In this document: positions 38,479-44,566 of the stretch, in pieces
Layout: every line of letters begins with the position of its first letter
How positions within the stretch are numbered: the first letter of the stretch is position 1
From: Gemmatimonas sp.
Lineage (GTDB): Bacteria; Gemmatimonadota; Gemmatimonadetes; Gemmatimonadales; Gemmatimonadaceae
NCBI GenBank assembly: GCA_031414535.1
Contig: JANNVQ010000039.1
Span: 1 to 44,566, forward strand
Direction: 5' to 3'
Length of the DNA: 44,566 nucleotides
Translations under genes and position numbers: made by a program
The notes under the pieces: model-generated
Database searches by the model: none
The model's input: the letters and a program-made list of their open reading frames with translations, nothing else
Told to the model about the DNA's origin: nothing

Positions 38479-40450
38479 CTCGCAGTTCCTCTCGGTTCCG
38501 GTACAACTCCAGCGCGCCGGGATTCGCCAACGCCTCCGTGTTCTTGACCGCTCGACCGTGTATGACGTCGCGCACCGCAATTTCGGAGATCTTGTTCGAA
38601 ATCGTCCGCGGGATATCAGCGACCTGCAGGATCACCTTGGGGACGTGATGCGGGCTCGTCCTGGCGCGGATTGCCTTGCGAATGCGATCTCTCAGCGCGT
38701 CGTCTAGAGTCATCCCGTCGCGCAGGCGCACGAACAGCACAATCCGCACGTCCTTGTCGCCGTCCGTCGTGATGTCCTGCCCCACCACGATGCTTTCAAT
38801 GATCTCCGGCAGCTGCTCGACTTCGCGATAGATCTCCGCGGTCCCGATGCGCACGCCACCCGGGTTGAGCGTGGCATCGCTACGGCCGTGAATGATCAGC
38901 CCATTCTGCGCCGTGATCTCGGCCCAGTCGCCGTGACGCCATATGCCGGGGTAGTGCTCGAAATACGCCGCGCGGTACTTGGCTCCGTCAGAATCATTCC
39001 AGAAAGCCACCGGCATGCTCGGAAACGGCTTGGTGCACACCAACTCCCCCGCCACACCGCGCAGCGGCGCTCCGTTGTCGTCCCACACATCCACGGCCAT
39101 GCCCAATCCAAAGCATTGCAGCTGGCCGCGGTACACCGGAAGCATTGGATTCCCGAGCGCGAAGCACGAAATAATATCCGTGCCACCAGAGATGCTTGCG
39201 AGGTGCACGTCGGGCTTCACCTCGCCATACACGAAGTCATACGAATGTTCGGCGAGCGGTGAGCCCGTGCTCAGCATCATGCGCAGCGCCGAGAGATCGT
39301 GCGTGCGCGCGGGCGCATGGCCCTGCTTTTGTGAGAGCGCCAGAAACTTTGCGCTGGTCCCGAACTGCGTCACGCGCTCCTCGGCCACAAGATCCCAACA
39401 CGCATCGTCATCGCCTGTGGGCATGGGCGCACCGTCGTACAAGACGATGGTGACCTCGCTCGCGAGCGCGCTCACCAACCAATTCCACATCATCCACCCG
39501 CAAGTGGTGAAGTAGAACATGCGGTCGCCAGCGCGCAGGTCGCAGTGGAGGCGGTGCTCCTTCAAGTGTTGTAACAGCGTACCGCCCTGACCATGCACCA
39601 TGCACTTCGGCAAGCCGGTGGTCCCAGAGCTGTACATCACGTACAGCGGGTGGTCGAAGGGAAGTAGTTCGAAGCGCGGCGCGGCTGGAGCATCCGCAGG
39701 GCCGAACTCTGCGAAGCGCGAGACGCGCAAAGACTCGGTCCCGGGCTTTAGGCATGACGCCAGCGTCTCATCGCTCAGCTCGTGGGCGAGGAAAGGCACG
39801 AGCACTACCGCACGCAGGCTTGGAATGGCCGCCACGATTTGCTGCAGGCGCTCGAGGCAGTCAATCGGTTTGCCCGCGTAGGTGTAGCCGTCCGCGGCGA
39901 AGAGCACCTTTGGCTCAATCTGCCCAAAGCGGTCGAGCACGCCCTGCGCACCGAAGTCGGGCGAGCAGGAGGACCACACCGCCCCCACGGCATTGGCCGC
40001 CAACGCAGCGACGACAGCCTCTGGAATGTTGGGCAGAAACCCCGCCACGCGGTCGCCGGGTTCTACGCCAGCCGCGCGCAGGCCATCGGCCACTCGCGCT
40101 ACCGCTTGATTGAGTGCACGCCAGGACACTTCGCGCCGGCGCCCGCGCTCGTCGCGCGCGATGATGGCCGCTGCGTCGTCTGATCGCCCCAACAAATGCT
40201 CCGCGAACGACAGCACAGAGCCGCGGAGGCCACCCGCGTGACTGGCTCGGATACCGGCCCAATCCCAGAGCGTCGTCCAAAACAATTCCGATTGCTCCAC
40301 GCTCCACGTGTGCCAGTCGGCATACGGGGCCGTGGCGGCGGGCGTCCCCGCGTTCTTCTGCGCGGCGAAGGCGAAGAACTGCGCCATCTGCGAGGCCTGG
40401 GCGGCCTCCGGGCGGGGAGTCCAGAGTGGAACGATGTCAAGGGCGGTCAT
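38459..40450 (-). CDS. Acetoacetate--CoA ligase
   Basis: 'WSSCSPDFG...DRFGQIEPK', 'YSSGTTGLPKCMVHG', 'FTTCGWMMWNW', 'SISGGTD', 'GRSDATLNPGGVRIGTAEIY'. Confidence 0.93.
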   Translation of the reverse strand: MTALDIVPLWTPRPEAAQASQMAQFFAFAAQKNAGTPAATAPYADWHTWSVEQSELFWTTLWDWAGIRASHAGGLRGSVLSFAEHLLGRSDDAAAIIARDERGRRREVSWRALNQAVARVADGLRAAGVEPGDRVAGFLPNIPEAVVAALAANAVGAVWSSCSPDFGAQGVLDRFGQIEPKVLFAADGYTYAGKPIDCLERLQQIVAAIPSLRAVVLVPFLAHELSDETLASCLKPGTESLRVSRFAEFGPADAPAAPRFELLPFDHPLYVMYSSGTTGLPKCMVHGQGGTLLQHLKEHRLHCDLRAGDRMFYFTTCGWMMWNWLVSALASEVTIVLYDGAPMPTGDDDACWDLVAEERVTQFGTSAKFLALSQKQGHAPARTHDLSALRMMLSTGSPLAEHSYDFVYGEVKPDVHLASISGGTDIISCFALGNPMLPVYRGQLQCFGLGMAVDVWDDNGAPLRGVAGELVCTKPFPSMPVAFWNDSDGAKYRAAYFEHYPGIWRHGDWAEITAQNGLIIHGRSDATLNPGGVRIGTAEIYREVEQLPEIIESIVVGQDITTDGDKDVRIVLFVRLRDGMTLDDALRDRIRKAIRARTSPHHVPKVILQVADIPRTISNKISEIAVRDVIHGRAVKNTEALANPGALELYRNREELRGAKSDK

Positions 40451-40498
40451 CGAAGAGGGAATGTAGCCGTCACGGCCTTCTCGCTCTATGCTTTATGG

Positions 40499-41725
40499 GT
40501 GCCAACCCGCCGCATTCTTCTCGCCGACGCCGACGCCTTCTTCGTGGCGGTCGCCCGCATGGCAGATCCGGAGGGTGCTGGACGCGCACCGCTGCTCATT
40601 GTCGGCGGGCGCCCAGGCGGGCGCGGCGTCGTCTGTTCTGCCTCCTACGAGACCCGTGCCTACGGCGTGCGCTCGGCCATGCCCATTGATGCCGCGCTCC
40701 GCCTCTGCCCCGATGCGGTCTGCGTCCCAGTGCCCCGTGCGGCCTGTGGCGCTGCGTCCAAGGCCATCGCCGCCGTTCTTGGGCGCTTTACGCCCGTCGT
40801 TGAGGGCGCGAGCATTGATGAGTGGTATCTGGATTTGACCGGCACCGAGGCCCTGCACGGCCACGAGACGCTCGAGCAGACGGCCGCACGTATCCGCACC
40901 ACGGTGCACAAGGAAACGGGCATGTGGCTCTCGCTCGGTGGAGGCACATCCAAGCTGATTGCGAAACTCGCGGCGGATCGCGCCAAGCCACGCGTCGGCA
41001 GCTCGGCGAATGGTGTGCACATCGTCGCCGAGGGTGATGAAGGCGCGTTCATGCGCACACTAGCGCTCGCAGAGATCCCTGGGATCGGGCCAAAGCTGCA
41101 GGACAAGCTCAAGTCCGTGGGCCTTGTGCGCGTCGAAGATGTTTTGCCCCACGATCGCACCGTACTCTCCCGATGGCTTGGCCGCCGTCCCGCCGAGTGG
41201 CTCTGGGCCCGTGTGCGGGGCATTCATAGCGCGCCAGTCGAAGCGCGGGGAAATAGCAAGCAGATTAGTCGAGAGAGCACCTTCAGCCGCGATGTGGCCG
41301 ATGACACGCAGTTGAGCGCCCATCTACGTGCGCTCGTGGCAAAAGCGGCCGCCGAGTTGCGCGATGAAAAGCTCGCGGTGCGCACGATCATCGTGAAGCT
41401 GCGGGATGCCGATTTCACCACCCGTCTCGCCAGCCGTACCCTGCCAGAGCCCATCGAGAGCGACCGGGCCATTGGAGACATTGCCGTGAGCTTGCTCGGC
41501 AAACTTCGTTCGGCGCGGCGGCATCCCGCGCGACTCGTCGGCGTGGCCCTCGGCGGGCTTCTTGCCGCACGAGATGCGGAACAGCTCGGCCTCTTCGCCC
41601 AAATGAAGCCCGTTCTCGAGCGCGCCGAGGACCGCGCACTCTCCCGTGCGGTAGACAGAGTCCGAGAGCGCTTCGGTGACGAAGCTATCCGCGCCGCCTC
41701 AACGCCCGCCCGCCGGGCGCCGTAG
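40499..41725 (+). CDS. dinB: DNA polymerase IV (Y family)
   Basis: 'ILLADADAFF', 'SASYETRAYGVRSAMP', 'ASIDEWYLD', 'KLIAKLAADRAKP', 'IPGIGPK', and a little-finger domain. GTG start at 40499. Confidence 0.92.
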   Translation: MPTRRILLADADAFFVAVARMADPEGAGRAPLLIVGGRPGGRGVVCSASYETRAYGVRSAMPIDAALRLCPDAVCVPVPRAACGAASKAIAAVLGRFTPVVEGASIDEWYLDLTGTEALHGHETLEQTAARIRTTVHKETGMWLSLGGGTSKLIAKLAADRAKPRVGSSANGVHIVAEGDEGAFMRTLALAEIPGIGPKLQDKLKSVGLVRVEDVLPHDRTVLSRWLGRRPAEWLWARVRGIHSAPVEARGNSKQISRESTFSRDVADDTQLSAHLRALVAKAAAELRDEKLAVRTIIVKLRDADFTTRLASRTLPEPIESDRAIGDIAVSLLGKLRSARRHPARLVGVALGGLLAARDAEQLGLFAQMKPVLERAEDRALSRAVDRVRERFGDEAIRAASTPARRAP

Positions 41726-41804
41726 CCACAGATGATTCACTCGCGCAGATTTTGCGCGTGCCGTTGGTTCGCTCCCCCGCCTTCACCTCTACCAAAAGAG
41801 TCCG

Positions 41805-44390
41805 ATGCGTTTCACTCGACCGTTGTTCGTCTCGGCCGGTCTCGCTTTTGCCATCGTGTCGTGCACGCCGGCCACTGCGACGACCCCGGCCCCCACGCCA
41901 GCGCCCAGCCGTCCGGCCGGAGCTCCGGCCACGCCACCGCAAGGTGGCGCTCCTGCGCAAGGAGGCCCAGGCGGTGCTGCCGCAGCCGCTCAAGATCCGC
42001 AGCCCCGTCCCTATGCACAGGTCATTCGTGGCGACAACCTGAAGACCCGCGACGGGCTCTTCAAGACGCACATGATTGGCGCCAGCCGCCTCTTCTTCGA
42101 AATTCCCGCCAGCGAGATGGGCAAGGACATGTTGCTCGTCACCCGCGCCGCGTTCAACGCGCGCACGGACGGACTTGGCGGCGACGAGATTGCGACCGAA
42201 GTCGTGCGCTGGGAGCGTCGTGGCAATCGCGTGTTGCTCCGCACCATCTCGTTCAACCTGATTGCCAATCCGGAAACGCCAATCGCCGAGGCGGTGCGTC
42301 GCTCCAACTACGACGCCATTCTTGCGTCGTTCAACGTCGAGGCCTACGGCCCTGACTCCGCCGCAGTGATTGACGTGTCGCGTCTCTACACGGCGCCGCC
42401 AAACGAGATTAGCATCATCCAGCAGACCCGCGGCGCCATTGACCCTGCACGCTCCTTCCTGGAGTCGGTCGCGTCCTTCCCGACCAACGTTGAGGTCGAG
42501 GCCGTGCTGACCGTCAACGCACAGCCCGCCGCCTTCATCAATCCGTTCACCGGAGCGCCGCAGCCGCCGGCACCAGGCGCCCCGACCGTCACCAAGTCCT
42601 TCGTGGTGCACTGGTCCATGGTGAAGCTCCCCGAGACGCCGATGCGTCCGCGTCTGCGTGATGCGCGCGTGGGCTACTTCCACACCAACCGCATTGACTT
42701 CAGCCGTCCCGAGCAGCGCGCACAGAACCGCTCGTTCATCTCGCGCTGGCGCTTGGAGAAGCGTGACGCCAATGCCGCCATCTCCGAGCCGGTGAAGCCA
42801 ATCACGTACTACGTGGATCCGTCAACGCCCACCTGGTTGGTACCCTGGGTGAAGGCAGGCATCGAAGAGTGGCAGCCGGCCTTTGAGTCCGCAGGCTTCC
42901 GTCGCGGCATCGTCGCCGCTGATGCGCCGAGCAAGGCGCAGGATCCTGATTGGTCGCCGGACGACGCTCGCTACTCCGTGGTGCGCTGGTTGGCGTCTAC
43001 CACCGAAAACGCCGTCGGTCCGTCGGTCGTGGACCCGCGCTCTGGCGAAATCATGGAAGCAGACGTGATGATGTTCCACAACATCATGAATCTGCAGACC
43101 TGGTGGTATTGGACGCAGGTCGGTCCGCTGGATCCGCGCGCGGCCCGTTTGCCCCTGCCGGATTCCTTGCAGGGTCGCCTCGTGCAGTTCGTTGTGGCGC
43201 ACGAAGTGGGCCACACGCTCGGCCTGCCGCACAACCAAGTGGCCTCAGCTATGTACCCGGCTGACTCCGTGCGGTCGCGCACCTGGGTGGAGAAGATGGG
43301 TCACTCGCCGACCATCATGGACTACGCCCGCTTCAACTATGTCGCACAGCCTGAGGACAACCTTCCGCTACGCACCTTGATCCCGTCGGTTGGTCCCTAC
43401 GATCACTTTGCGATTAAGTGGGGCTACTCCGTGTTTCCGGGCACGACCAACGCCGACGACGAGCGCTCACAGCTCGACGCGCTCGCGCGCCAGCAGGACA
43501 CGGTGCCGTGGTTCCGCTACGGTGTTGGCGACGACTTCGGCGCGATTCCCTACACTGCGTACTCCGAGGCCGTGGGTGACCAGGATGCCATCAAGAGCAC
43601 TGAGCTCGGCATCCGTAACCTGAAGCGCCTCATGCCGACGCTTTTGACTGCCACAACGCAGCCGTTGGAAGACATCTCGTACACGAAGGAAGGCTACAAC
43701 CGCATCCTCGGCCAGTTCCTCAACGAAGTCCGCCACGTTGCCGCCATCGTCGGCTCGTCGGACGGCCAGGAGAAGTACGGATCGCAACCGGGTGCTCGCT
43801 ACACGCCGATTCCACGTGAGCGTCAGCGTGCTGCCGTGCAGTTCATTCAGGATCAGGTCTTCAAGACCCCGACCTGGATGCTTGACCCGCAGATCCTGCG
43901 CCGCTTGGAGCCGGAAGGTTCCGTGGCCCGCATTAACGGCGCACAGCGCGGTCTCCTCGCGTACATGATGGATGACAACCGCATGGCTCGTCTCGTGGAG
44001 TACGAGGCGATGGCGGGCACAGTGCGTCCGTATCCGCTCTCGGAGTTTCTCGCCGACATGCGGACCGGCATCTGGTCTGAGCTCAGCGCCGGCTCGGTGC
44101 GCGTGGATGCGTACCGTCGTGGCCTGCAGCGTAGTTACCTCGAAGCCGTGACCGCCAAGCTCAATGCCACCACGTCTGCTCCGCGTATCTCGTCGTCAGG
44201 CGCAGGCGGCACCGCCAGCTTCACCGCCGGCGCTCGCCCGAGCACCGACGTGAAGTCCATGCTCCGGATGGAAATTCGTACGCTCGACGCAGCCCTCGCC
44301 GGTGCAATCTCGAAGGCCGGTGACGCAGCCACCCGCGCGCACTTGCTGGAAGCGCGGTGGCAGATTGAGCAGTTGCTGAATCCGAATTGA
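41805..44390 (+). CDS. Lipoprotein zinc metalloprotease (DUF5117/DUF4953-type metzincin)
   Basis: Lipobox IVSC, 'RLRDARVGYF', 'KPITYYVD', 'DPRSGEI', HEVGHTLGLPHN, and an 'IMDY' Met-turn. Confidence 0.9.
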   Translation: MRFTRPLFVSAGLAFAIVSCTPATATTPAPTPAPSRPAGAPATPPQGGAPAQGGPGGAAAAAQDPQPRPYAQVIRGDNLKTRDGLFKTHMIGASRLFFEIPASEMGKDMLLVTRAAFNARTDGLGGDEIATEVVRWERRGNRVLLRTISFNLIANPETPIAEAVRRSNYDAILASFNVEAYGPDSAAVIDVSRLYTAPPNEISIIQQTRGAIDPARSFLESVASFPTNVEVEAVLTVNAQPAAFINPFTGAPQPPAPGAPTVTKSFVVHWSMVKLPETPMRPRLRDARVGYFHTNRIDFSRPEQRAQNRSFISRWRLEKRDANAAISEPVKPITYYVDPSTPTWLVPWVKAGIEEWQPAFESAGFRRGIVAADAPSKAQDPDWSPDDARYSVVRWLASTTENAVGPSVVDPRSGEIMEADVMMFHNIMNLQTWWYWTQVGPLDPRAARLPLPDSLQGRLVQFVVAHEVGHTLGLPHNQVASAMYPADSVRSRTWVEKMGHSPTIMDYARFNYVAQPEDNLPLRTLIPSVGPYDHFAIKWGYSVFPGTTNADDERSQLDALARQQDTVPWFRYGVGDDFGAIPYTAYSEAVGDQDAIKSTELGIRNLKRLMPTLLTATTQPLEDISYTKEGYNRILGQFLNEVRHVAAIVGSSDGQEKYGSQPGARYTPIPRERQRAAVQFIQDQVFKTPTWMLDPQILRRLEPEGSVARINGAQRGLLAYMMDDNRMARLVEYEAMAGTVRPYPLSEFLADMRTGIWSELSAGSVRVDAYRRGLQRSYLEAVTAKLNATTSAPRISSSGAGGTASFTAGARPSTDVKSMLRMEIRTLDAALAGAISKAGDAATRAHLLEARWQIEQLLNPN

Positions 44391-44395
44391 GGTTC

Positions 44396-44454
44396 GCAGT
44401 GAAAAATGAAACGGGCCCCGGCTGAACGCCGGGGCCCGTTTCATTTCTCACTGC
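44396..44454 (+). terminator. Rho-independent, probably bidirectional, terminator
   Basis: GCAGTGAAAAATGAAACGGGCCCCGGC-loop-GCCGGGGCCCGTTTCATTTCTCACTGC, directly after the stop codon. Confidence 0.85.
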
Positions 44455-44509
44455 GGACGGATGACGGAAGAACGATGAGACAAGCATCCGTCTTCCCTCA
44501 TACGTCCAC
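44455..44509. repeat. Second GGATGAC-heptamer inverted repeat
   Basis: GGACGGATGACGGAAGAACGATG / CATCCGTCTTCCCTCATACGTCC (19/23). The right arm matches the 35944-35969 copy at 22/26. Confidence 0.7.
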
Positions 44510-44566
44510 CATTCGTTCGCGCCAACCTCACCCGCACAAATTCCAGCCGCACCCCAGCCGGCCCCA

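Noticed and set aside
40451..40498. LexA/SOS box before dinB
   Set aside because: No recognisable palindrome in the 48-bp gap, only back-to-back -10-like hexamers.
40196..40498. N-terminal extensions in the ORF track (dinB here; also sodA, DUF502, actE, actB and the 22038 lipoprotein)
   Set aside because: They overlap neighbouring genes. Family motifs and SD or -10 signals support the downstream starts used above.
44449..44566. 3' end of a minus-strand gene entering from the right edge
   Set aside because: An open frame exists (...GPAGVRLEFVRVRLART...PQ*), but it is too short to support a call.

Overview
This is a high-GC bacterial chromosomal window. Its gene content (S9 peptidases, a BNR/VPS10-type beta-propeller, a DUF5117/DUF4953-type zinc metalloprotease, ACIII) suggests Gemmatimonadota, but that is inference only. 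From the left it holds an alternative complex III operon (actABCDEF, minus strand, actF cut by the window edge) preceded by a perfect Rex-type operator. Next come trmJ-like/dedA/sodA, a CPA2 antiporter, speA, a diheme cytochrome c, two S9 peptidases, DUF502, and an NSS transporter followed by a 42-aa small subunit that is missing from the ORF track. Then follow a PLP aminotransferase, cupin-MATE, DUF2256, a LysR-dabB-dabA inorganic-carbon pump module, a tyrosine-catabolism cluster (acetoacetate-CoA ligase, hppD, hmgA, flavin reductase), dinB and a lipoprotein metalloprotease. No rRNA, tRNA, CRISPR array, transposase or phage gene was seen. The structure not explained by the genes is mostly intergenic: three families of 7-8-nt-periodic inverted-repeat elements, most wrapping a locus-specific hairpin and several mirroring a neighbouring stop codon. 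Other notable points are an ActB that keeps the FS0 cysteine motif and repeated signs of leaderless transcription. All family assignments come from motif recognition by eye, not from database searches.
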